From: Eledone cirrhosa
Taxonomy: Eukaryota
NCBI GenBank assembly: GCA_964016885.1
Contig: OZ024759.1
Location: 36,270,001-36,334,000, forward strand
DNA: 64,000 bases
Direction: 5' to 3'
Position 1 is the stretch's first letter; each line of letters starts with the position of its first letter. Positions 42,201 through 54,800 of this stretch are shown in pieces. The position numbers were made by a program, and so were the translations under genes. The notes under the pieces are model-generated. The model did not search any database and was not told where the DNA came from. It saw nothing but the letters and a program-made list of their open reading frames with translations.

Positions 42201-44599
42201 GTCCACAGTAGGCTTGTGACTGAGGTTGGGAGTTTGTTTCCTGAAACAAGCTGTGTGTTGTATCCTTGAGCAAGGCACTTTACTTTCTTGATGCTCATAA
42301 TCCACTCAGCTGGAAAATATAAAGGGCTGCAACAACAATGGTGCCAAGTTGTATCAGCTTTTACCTTTCCCTTGGACAATATTGGTGTTGGGGAGAGAAC
42401 TGAGTGAAGCCAAGCTGAGCTAGACAGAGCTGTGTTGGGGAGAGAACTGAGTGAAGCCAAGCTGAGCTAGACAGAGCTGTGTTGGGGAGAGAACTGAGTG
42501 AAGCCAAGCTGAGCTAGACAGAGCTGTGTTGGGGAGAGAACTGAGTGAAGCCAAGCTGAGCTAGACAGAGCTGTGTTGGGGAGAGAACTGAGTGAAGCCA
42601 AGCTGAGCTAGACAGAGCTGTGTTGGGGAGAGAACTGAGTGAAGCCAAGCTGAGCTAGACAGAGCTGTGTTGGGGAGAGAACTGAGTGAAGCCAAGCTGA
42701 GCTAGACAGAGCTGTGTTGGGGAGAGAACTGAGTGAAGCCAAGCTGAGCTAGACAGAGCTGTGTTGGGGAGAGAACTGAGTGAAGCCAAGCTGAGCTAGA
42801 CAGAGCTGTGTTGGGGAGAGAACTGAGTGAAGCCAAGCTGAGCTAGACAGAGCTGTGTTGGGGAGAGAACTGAGTGAAGCCAAGCTGAGCTAGACAGAGC
42901 TGTGTTGGGGAGAGAACTGAGTGAAGCCAAGCTGAGCTAGACAGAGCTGTGTTGATCTGATCTGATCCCAGATACCAAATCCGTTCCAGATTCCCAATCC
43001 AATGTGGGATCCCCAATCCGATCCCGAGCCAAGCTGGACAGAGCTGAGTTAAGCTAAGCCAAGCTGAGTTGTATATATATAAGTCCTGATGTATTCTATG
43101 TAATATGTAAGTCCTGGGGTCATTATGGGCCTTGATATATCACAGTTATGCTCTCTACATACATATACTCTTTTACCTGTTCCAGCCATCCGACTGAGGC
43201 CATGCTGGGGTATATACATTAATTTATGATGAAAATATTTCTATTTATCTTCTTCCAGTTTTTGATGCAAGTTCAACTGTCCAAGATGAAATTGACCAAA
43301 ATTGTGACAATCATGCCCTACTTTTTAATAGTCAACAACTCCCACTCAAGACTTCGATTTATGGAAGATAATGAAGATGCTGATCTTTGGTTTGATTTAC
43401 CGCCCAAAGAAGTAAGTTATCTCCCCTTCATATTTCCTTCCGCCTAAATTACTCCTGGGTGGGGCCCCTTCTCCCTCTTATTGGAGAATTCTGTTGTTAT
43501 TAAATTTGGAAAGGGTCATGTTGTCCTCATATTGCCAGAAAAATATAATAAAACACACTCACTGTTTGGTCTCGTTTTTGCTTCAGTGTATTTGTATATT
43601 TCTATAAATAATTTAGCTAGCAATCTAATTATCATTGATTGACCAACAGTTAAAAATATAAATAGTTTTTCAAAGTTCTCTTCTCACACATATCCGTGAC
43701 GTCATCAGTGATTATTTCAAAAACCTTGCAAAACAAATACATCTGTTATCAATTTGTTGTTATTTGTTACCTGTTGATATTTAAATAGCCAGTGTCCCTA
43801 AATAATATATTATCTTCATTGTTTTGGAGCCTAATGGCCAATAAAAAAATTATTATTAATATTACTCCAGTAGATTGACTGGTTGGATAACATCCATGAG
43901 CTTGGCTGGTCTCGCTTAGCGGGGATCCAGACAGAACCCTCTGGAAGGAGTGTTTGAGGACTTTGCCCCCATCACCCTCTCAGGAATAAGTGCGAGAAGA
44001 AGACGTAATATATTCTCATTTTTGTTGTTTTTTTGTTTTTCTTCTATCATTGTAGTGTGTTCCATATTGGCCCATAACCGATTCCTACAGGATCTTTGTT
44101 AAATATGACCATAGTACTGCTATTTCTCCACACATTCCTATCAAGACCATCCATAGCACAGTATTACGTATGGAAAACGGGGTTAGTATTTTATTCCTTT
44201 AATTATTATTGATAAAATGATGTTCCAATGTAAAAACTATTAGTCTGAGAGAGAGAGGCCATATTGAAACCAATCTTTAAAAAATCTACCAAGAAACATT
44301 TTCATCATACATATATATATTACGTTACTTTAAATTAGTTTATATATATATATTATATTATATTATATATGTATATCATCAACATCGTTTAACATCTATC
44401 TTCCACGCTAGCAGGTGTTAGACGGAAATTATCCCACTTGAGACAAAATTGGTTGTCTTGCTCGTATAGGACTGTCTAGCGGGTTTTCTACGGCTGGATG
44501 CCCTTCCTAACACCAACCACATTTACAGTGTGGACTGGGAGGTTTTTACCGTGTTACCTACACGGTATATATATATATATTATATTATATATATTATAT

Positions 44600-44668
<69 letters not shown>

Positions 44669-44689
44669 TATATATATATTATATTATAT

Positions 44690-44723
<34 letters not shown>

Positions 44724-44736
44724 ATATATATATATT

Positions 44737-44805
<69 letters not shown>

Positions 44806-45263
44806 TTATATATATATATAACTACCTAGATTGGGAGTTCAATATAGGATTAAAGGTTTATCAAATATAAACAAAAAATCTTTGTATATGGAAGCTATGA
44901 AAATGCAATTGGTAGATATGAGTTAACCTTAATGTAACAGGAGACTTGGCTTTAAAAAGACTATCCTTTCTTTCTTCTATCAATGTTATTATAGTTACTA
45001 CAGTGACAGGTCTTACATTATTACCGTGAAAATACAATATCTCTTTACAGACTGGACTTTGTGTTGAGGTGAGCGGCGGGACCCAGACACCTATCAGTAT
45101 TTGTTTCTCAGATTATTTCTCTGGTGGAGCACCTGTCCGTATAGAAAACCTATGTGATGACATTTTCATCAAGGTTCACCAAAAGTGAGCATAACTTCCT
45201 TTCAGAAATATTTTTATATCTATCTATATATATGTGTGTGTGTATAATATATATGTGTGTGTG

Positions 45264-45310
<47 letters not shown>

Positions 45311-45569
45311 ATATATATATTATAGGTTATAGATTCCATACACTGGTTTTATTGATAGCGCACTGTATCTCTCTCTAGTGTGTTACCTTTTCAATATATT
45401 GTATATATATATATATATATATGTATATGTGTGTGTATATAATATATATATGTGGGTGTATATATAATATATATCTATTCACCTTTCTCTCTATCTATCT
45501 ATATATCCATCCATATATATATATATCATCATCGTTTAACGTCCACTTTCCACGCTAGCATGGGTCTGG

Positions 45570-45631
<62 letters not shown>

Positions 45632-46010
45632 CATAATTACCATCACCCATCATAATCTTCCTCACCACCACCATAATCATCATCATCACCATCATCATTA
45701 TTATTATTTAACTATATTTAAACGTTTAATTTTTTAATTTCTTTATAAACAATTTTTAAAATGTCACAACTACAAACTTTGTTCAATAATTTCCATGAGA
45801 TTACATCGAACCTTTGTTATACAAATATGTGTTTGTCCTCCCTAGGAATCAGAGTCAAGTGACATTGTTGTCACCAAACCAGGCAATCTTATATACCTGG
45901 GATGATCCTGCTGCAGAGAGGACTTTAATGTGGAATGTATATGGTGGCAAAAGACCAAGTTTTCCAGCTGCCATTTCAAAGGTTAGTCCCTTTCTCTCTA
46001 TATAAATAAA

Positions 46011-46050
<40 letters not shown>

Positions 46051-46452
46051 AATTATTGTGTACAGTGCTCAGGTGCACTACAACTCGTCAAAGGTGCATG
46101 TATATTACATAGAATAATATACAAATGTCAGGGAAGTGAACAGTGTATGAGTCATGAAATACTTGTGTGTATGTGTATGGAGGGGGAACATTAGGTGTAG
46201 GTGTTGGCGAATCTCGGGAAGTATGGAGGTTTTAAAGGATGCAGTGTCTTGGCAGCTAACAACTGATGCAGGGAGTTTGTTCCATGCTTCAGCAACTCTG
46301 AACGGGAAAAATAAAAAATCTATATATATATATATTTTTTTCCCCGTTCAGAGTTGCTGAAGCATGGAACAAACTACCTGCATCAGTTGTTAGCTGCCAA
46401 GACACTGCATCCTTTAAAACCTCCATACTTCCCGAGATTCGCCAACACAACA

Positions 46453-46522
<70 letters not shown>

Positions 46523-48274
46523 TATATGGTAAAAATTCTATGGCATTTGCACTTTGAAGCTAGAGGGGTACACTATGGAATGATGACATAAATTGATTTA
46601 TTTTGCTTAAACTACTTTTTTTCTATTTCTTTTCTCCTTAATAAAATATTTTACTAGGATGGTTATGGAAATGTCCACCTGAGAGTACAGTCCCTCTCAA
46701 TGAGGCTTGATTCTGTGGATGGTTATGAATTGCCTGAGAGCAGCACGGAAGGTATTTCAATAGAATTATCACTTTATCTATACTCTTTCTCTTTCTAGTC
46801 TCTCTCTTTCTCCTACTCTCTGTCTTTCTCCTGCTTTTTCTCTCTCTTTCTCTCTCTTTCTCCTACTCAATCCTACTCTTTCTCTTTCTTGCTACCACTC
46901 TCTCTTCCTCTCTCTCTTTCTTCCTCTCTTTGCCTTTCATCTTTACGAGGTTGAAAAAATAAAGCACCAGTAACGTACTGGGGTCAATTTAATCAACTTT
47001 TCCCTATCGCAAGATTGTTGGCCTTGTGTCTAAAGTAGAAACCATTATTAATTGTGGATTAGCACTAATCGGTAGAGCATCCGACAACATGCTTTGTGGC
47101 ATTGAGTTACAACTCTTTACATTCTGAGTTCAAATCCTGCTGAGGTTAGCTTTACCTTTCATCTTTACGGAGTCAATAAATTAAAGTACCAGTAATACAC
47201 TGGTGTTGATTTAATCGACTTTCCCTTCTCCCCAAATTTCTGGCATTGTGCCTAAAGTAAAATCCATTATTAATTTCAGATGACAGTGATGAACCGGACG
47301 CGATGACGACCTCATTTACTGATTCCTTATATGGTAAAACCCGCAGTGATAAAGTGGTGATATACTGGATGTCGTTCCTAGACGGCCATCAACGTGTCTT
47401 GTTGTTTACTAGAGATGAAAGAGTTGCTCAAGCAGTGAGACAGGTTAGTAACAGCTTTTTTAAGACAATTATCTCTCTTCTTCTTCTTTGGCTCATTCTT
47501 CTTATTTCTAGACAATAATTTCATTATTATTATTTTTTTTATTCGTCTAATTCTTCTTCTTCTCCTTTGCCTTCTTCTTCGCCTTCTTCTTCTTCTTCTT
47601 CTTTGCCTTCTTCTTCGCCTTCTTCTTCTTCTTCTTCTTCTTCTTCTTCTTCTTCTTCTTCTTCTTCTTCTTCTTCTTCGCCTTCTTCTTCGCCTTCTTC
47701 TTCTTCTCCTTTGCCTTCTTCTTCTTCTTCTTCGCCTTTTCTCCCCCCCCCCCCCCCTTATTCTTGGTTATTGAGATTTTAGTTTAAAGTTTTACTCTAA
47801 GAATCTGTTCTATTTTTTCTATGTTGATACAGTCTCTAACATCTACTCTAACTCCTGTCAACCTCATACCATTCAAGTGTGTACATATACATATATATAT
47901 ACATATATATATACATACATATAAACACACACATATATATATATATATATGCAAGAAAGTAAATGGAAACAACAAACTAAACAACACAATACAATGAAAA
48001 TATATTAGTTTAATGCTTGATACAGTAGGTAAAGAGTCTTTATGTTCCGGGCGTTAGTCCTTCATCAGAAGATAGATGTGAAATAAAAGATGAAATAGAA
48101 AAATAGAGAGTGAGGAGAGGAAAGAAAGGAAGAAAGGTTTTTGAGAAAAAACATGTTTAGTTAGCCATGTATATATATATTTATATGTACTTATATATAT
48201 ATATATATATATATATAGGAAAATCTTTAACCTTGATGGCAGAGCTCAAGCCGTTTCGACGGCTATTTCCTTCG

Positions 48275-48323
<49 letters not shown>

Positions 48324-48775
48324 TATGCATGTATGTATGTAGAATGTATATACCTATATATGTGTCTGTGTGTGTATATATATATATGATGTATATGTAT
48401 GTATATACAATTTCTGTGGTTCCATGAAAATGCAGCCAATACACACTGTAAAGTGGTTGGTGTTAGGAAGGGGATCCAGCTATATAAAGCTTGCCAATCA
48501 AAGGGTTGGGAGGACCCTTCAGTTATGATAAATGCACATAGTACATGCTATAATGTGGTTGGTGATAGGAAGGGCAACTAGCTGTGGAAAGTTTTCTAAA
48601 TAAAAGGTTAGGAAGAGCTTTTGGTTGAGTCAAAGACATGATGTCTTCCCTAGTGTTGGTGCCTTGATAAAATGTACCTGGTAGAGTGTGGGATCACATG
48701 TAAGGGAAGATCATGCTTGAATTCTGACACATCATCATCATCATAAATGTTTAACATCTATTTTCCAAGCTTGCA

Positions 48776-48816
<41 letters not shown>

Positions 48817-50974
48817 GGTTGTGTAGTTCTCTGTAGTGTGTGCAGTTCAGGGTAAGAAGAGTAAGCTATAGAGAGCTGAGAGAAGCTAGAATATAATAAA
48901 ATACAATAAACAGGATAAAATTTGTTTAAAAACAGTTTATGTTTTGTGTTTTATATAAATGTATATAAGTGAGACCAAAGGGTGTTTGGAGTAATGTTAC
49001 TCGATAGAGATGTGAGAGTCACTCCAGAGCTGCTACTTCTCCAAATTGAGAGATCACAGCTCTGATACTATGGAGGACATGTGGTGAGAATGTCTTAGGA
49101 AAGAATCGCTGGACAGATTTTATGGGCAAAACCAACTAGCAGGAGACCCAGGGGTAAACCTCGAACAAGATGTTTGGATAACATTCATGAGCTTGGCTGG
49201 TCTTACTTGGGGTTCCAGCTGGATCAGTTGGAGACGGTTGCTTCTGACAGGACCCACTGGAAGGGAGTGTTTGAGGACTCTGCTCCCTCGACCCTTTCAG
49301 GATTAAGTAAGAAGAGGCTAGACTGACTTAAAATAAGTCGCTTTTACTCATACATGTTCCCCAACTATGGTTTCTGGAATTCAAGAAGCAACATTAAATA
49401 TTCCAAGACATTGGAATAACCAATATTAACATCTATCTTCCACTCTAGCATGGGTTAGATGACAATATACATATATATATATATATGAACGTATGTATAT
49501 ATATATATATATATATATAGTTTGTTAACAAACCAAAGAATTAAGACATTTCTTGACTGATAATTGTTTCTACTCAGGTTACGCTACCTATAGCAAATTA
49601 TTTTATTTAATAATTCACAATTAGTAAGTATAGACCGTGGGTGCCATCAGAGTTTATTTACAGTTTATTTAAATACTGGTCTACATGCTAGGTTGCCTCT
49701 CACTGATAGTTTTCTAAAGTGCTGTTTGCCATGGTGGTAGTAGGTGAAGTTGATTCCATCCAACATCTGACAAATGCTTTTCTAATAATATAGGCTCATA
49801 TACAAGGTGTAGACCTACCACATGAACGAGGCGTGTTGAAGGTAAAACTACAAGCCCTATTTGCTTCTTGGTGAACATTTTTTAGCAAGTGTCTCGACTC
49901 TTTGCTTATCCTTTTAAAACCCTTATCATTATTGTTGCTTATGTCTTGCATGGCCTTGTAACATTGAAATATAAGAAATTTTGTCTATTGCTTTAATTAT
50001 TAAGATTACCAATATATTATGATGATAATAATAATAATATTTATCATTATTATTGTTATTGTTGTCATTATTGTTATTATTACTATTCTTCTTCTTATTA
50101 TTATTGTTGTTGTTTTTATTATCATTATTGTTATTATATTGGATTCGCAGAATCGGTAGAGTGTCAGACACCATGCTTTACAGCATAGAGTTACGCCCCT
50201 TTACGATCTGAGTTCAAATCCCCTTGAGGTTAGCTTTGCCTTTCATCTTTACTGGGTCGATAAAATAAAGTACCAGTAATGCACTGCGATCAATTTGATT
50301 GACTTTCTTTTTTGACTTTTAAATTACTGGCCTTGTGCCAAAAGTAGAAATTATTATTATTATTATTATAATATAAATTTATAAAATCTTTTCTTTTTCT
50401 CTCCAAAGAATTTAATATATTAAAAGATCCTCAGTGAAATATTCCTATCTTTATCTTTATGTTTATGCGACTTTTTAAAATTCTTTTTTATTTTTGTTTG
50501 TTTATTTATTTATTTATTGTCACATTTCACAATGTCCTAAATCACATGCATGTGAACTGACTGCAACACATATTTCACAATGTCCGATATCTTGACAAAC
50601 TTCAATTTGTGTTCATTACCAAGTGTTCTCCTTGGTACATATATGTTTAACAAGAGATCTGTCTGTTGAAATTGAAGCCATTATATTGTGGAAGTGACAT
50701 ATTAATTGATCAAATAATTTTGATCATCAGGAAAAAAAGTAAGGATAATTACGTCTAACGACGTAAAAAGCAAGGTAATTACTTCTAACGATGTAATTAT
50801 CCTTGCTTTTTTTCCGTTCATTGCCAGGGAACATCTTCACGAACCAAAGTATCGTCTTCCAGTTTTCCTTTGGTTGCAACGTTTTTCGAAATATTTACTT
50901 CTGTGTCCAGAAGATCCCGTTAAGGGTGAAAGCAGCGATTCTTTGCTTAAACTTTAATCTGTTCTTATAATAAA

Positions 50975-51021
<47 letters not shown>

Positions 51022-51356
51022 ATGTGTATAGGTAAGTAGGTAGATAGATAGGTAGAGCCGTTTAATCTGGAAATTTGTTTTCCTTTGTTTTTCACACTGA
51101 GATCAAGGAGGTGTTTTACCATAGTTTGGTGTGGGGCAGTGTGTTTAATGTGTTGCGCTGTGATGTGCTTTTTTTCTTTGTTTTTTTATTCATCTTCTTT
51201 GTTGTCATCTTCTCTTCCATCTAAATACCAAAATAAAAAAAAATGTAGAACATATATATAGCCAATCTCTCAGACATTTACAAAGCTTTGAGGAGATAAA
51301 TTTAATATAACGAGTGGTGTGCTCATAAACAGAGATGCTATGAAATAGCTTCAAAG

Positions 51357-51390
<34 letters not shown>

Positions 51391-51434
51391 CACCTTTTCT
51401 CTATAACCAGTTTTGTATAGAACCTTACTTCCCT

Positions 51435-51525
<91 letters not shown>

Positions 51526-51526
51526 C

Positions 51527-51615
<89 letters not shown>

Positions 51616-51808
51616 TATAAATATATATGTATGCCCATTGCCTTCGGTTGGTTTTCTTGGTGTCACACTTTTTAACTGTTGTGTTCACACTGGAGATAAT
51701 GTATTAACATCTCTCTATTGAATGTTTTGTGATTGCCTCAAACAACTCAATTAATACCTGGTATATGGCAGCTACTACTTCAATTCATACCTAATATAAT
51801 ATAATATG

Positions 51809-51847
<39 letters not shown>

Positions 51848-54800
51848 GATATTAAATAAATGGAAACTATATTTATAAAACCATATTTATTTCATTATAT
51901 ATATTTCAGGGATATCATATTAAAAATATGTTATGCCTTCCTCAGACAAAATACAATATAAACAGTCTTATAAATAGATAGATTCGACATACCTTTCAAC
52001 ATCGACAACTCATATATATGCCGTCTTCAGAAATAATTATTTCTGAAGACGGCATATATATGAGTTGTCGATGTTGAAAGGTATGTCGAATCTATCTATT
52101 TATAAGACTGTTTATATTGTATTTTGTCTGAGGAAGGCATAACATATTTTTAATATGATATCCCTGAAATATATATAATGAAATAAATATGGTTTTATAA
52201 ATATAGTTTCCATTTATTTAATATCGTAAATATACTCCAAATACTTGTTGAGTGCTTTTATATCAGTTATAAATATTTACTCGTTGTTAACCCAACAATT
52301 TAAATAAAACTTTGCATATATATATATGTATATATATATATATGTATATATGTATATATATATATATATATACATTATTCCAGGTTGAATCAGAAGTAAC
52401 CACAGTAAGTAAGGTACTCAATACATAGCAGAGTATAAAAGTTTTAATATAGCTGAGATTCTACAGGACTAGAACTGTTTCATTCTTTAGAAATCATCAG
52501 GAATCTCTGATGATTTCTAAAGAATGAAACAGTTCTAGTCCTGTAGAATCTCATCTATATTAAAATATATATATATAATCAATGAAAAAAGAGTCAGTTG
52601 ATTTGTAATCAACTGACTTGTAATTAACAGATGCCAAGCACTCAGTGGTATATATTTATCCGGAGTATTATTGTAAAGTATATATCTTTCATTTATTACT
52701 ATTATTACTATGAGGGCGGTGGATTGGTAGTATCGGTAGAGGGTCAGACGCCGTGCTAGGGCGGTGGATTGGCAGTATCGCTAGAGGGTCAGACACCATG
52801 CTAGGGCGGTGGATTGGCAGTATCGCTAGAGGGTCAGACACCATGCTAGGGCGGTGGATTGGCAGTATCGGTAGAGGGTCAGACGCCATGTTAGGGCGGT
52901 GGATTGGCAGTATGGGTAGAGGGTCAGACGCCATGTTTTCTAGCACAGTTACGTCCCTTTTCGGTCTGAGTTCAAATCCCACCGAGGTTAACTTTGCCTT
53001 TCATCCTATCGGGGTCGATAAAATAAAGTACCAGTAATTCACTGGGATAATTGCTGGCCTTGTTCCAAAAGTAGAAACAATTATTATTATTATATATAAC
53101 AAAGAGGGTGCAGTAAGATACCAGGTGGACCATAACACACCAGAGTACTCAATACTTAGGGTAGTAGAGTGGGTAATAGAAAAAGAGTCAGGACCCCGAC
53201 GGCTGAGCTCCGGCCATTTTGACAGCTAGAAACGAACGGATGGACATTACTATTTCATGCAAATTGTAAAAACTGTATTTTTTTTACCATCCTTCAAATT
53301 AAATATTTTTGTCTTGCAGATTACCATCATTGTTATTTCTATGTTATTTCAATATGTCAGTCTGAACCTTGCATTACCTAGCATGTTTTGTTAACATCAT
53401 TATTATTATCATTATTATTACTTTGATATCTCAATCATTGTTGTTATTTAACCAGAAAATTTGCCCTGATGAACATGAAGCCGCTACCTGCAGCCTCAGA
53501 TATTCAGGACGTATCGGAGGGTCTTTGCTATTCCCAGTAGGTAATCCTTCTGGAGTGTTCTGAAAAAGGTGGTTGGGCTAATGTTCTTTAACCAGCCTTA
53601 GAAGCTCTTCGAGATAGTACATATTTCTCCTATGACGATGGGGTTAACCTTGATCTCATGACAGTCCCAAATCCTATCAGTTCCCACTTTAAATCCTAGT
53701 ACCAACTATTCTTTTCCTTCTCCTTATCTTGCACTCTTGTGTCAAAGGGGCAAGCTACATCTGTAATCAAGCAAGATCTTTTTTCCTTGTCAACAACCAC
53801 CAGGTCAGGCCTATTGTGTTCTAATTGTTTATCTGTTTATATCCTGAAATCCCACAGCACCTTCACCCGATCGTTTTCTATCACTGATTCTGGCTTATGT
53901 TCATACCATTTTTTCAGAATGAGGTAATTTGTTCAGTTTGCATAAATACCAGTGTTTGGTTTTCTATATATTGTTTGTTTTTCTATATTTATAGATGAGT
54001 CAGGCTGAACAAACGAACTATTCAGTGGTCCTTTCACTTGACAGTGTCTTAATATCAGTGGTCAACACAGCATATAAAGAATACAGAGAGTTAATGGTTG
54101 TCAGTGTGTCCAATTGTCCAGCTCTTTGGGAAGTGGAGGTGAACAATAAATGGAAATTACTCAATGTTGAACTACAGACTTGGCTTGAAGAAAGATGGAA
54201 GAGTAAAAGTATTCAAGTTAACCTTTATGAACAAATTGAAGTAAGTGCTAACAACAATATTATAATAATATAATATAATAATGAAAATTACTGTGTACAG
54301 TGCTCAGGTGCACTACAACTAATCAAAGGTACATATATAGTACATAGAATAATGTACAGAAGTCAGGAAAGTGAACAGTGTATGAGTCATGATATACACA
54401 TAGAGACACACAGACACATGTGTGTGTGTGTATGGAGGGGGAATATTAGGTGTAGTGTTGGCGAATTTCAGGAAGTATGGAGGTTTTAAAGGATGCAGTG
54501 TCTCGACAGCTAACAACAGATGCAGGTAGTTTGTTCCATGGAGGTTTTGAAGGATGCAGTGTCTCGATAGCTAACAACTGATGCAGGTAGTTTTTTCCAT
54601 GGAGGTTTTGAAGGATGCAGTGTCTCGATAGCTAACAACTGATGCAGGTAGTTTGTTCCATGAAATTTTTAAAGGATGCAGTGTCTCGACAGCTAACAAC
54701 TGATGCAGGTAGTTTGTTCCATGGAGGTTTTAAAGGATGCAGTGTCTCGATAGCTAACAACTGATACAGGGAGTTTGTTCCATGCTTCAGCAACTCTGAG

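Noticed and set aside
42385-42953. Resemblance to Ig switch-region AGCT/GGGG repeats
   Set aside because: Short-motif coincidence in a 47-bp minisatellite; there is no Ig locus context.
49630-49970. Possible DIRS/gag-like Cys-His remnant on the minus strand
   Set aside because: Too degenerate (stops, frameshifts) to support by eye.
47444-53994. Missing VPS13 exon or nested gene in the 6.5-kb intron
   Set aside because: Exons 49 and 50 join in phase with continuous VPS13-like sequence; the intron content is repeats.
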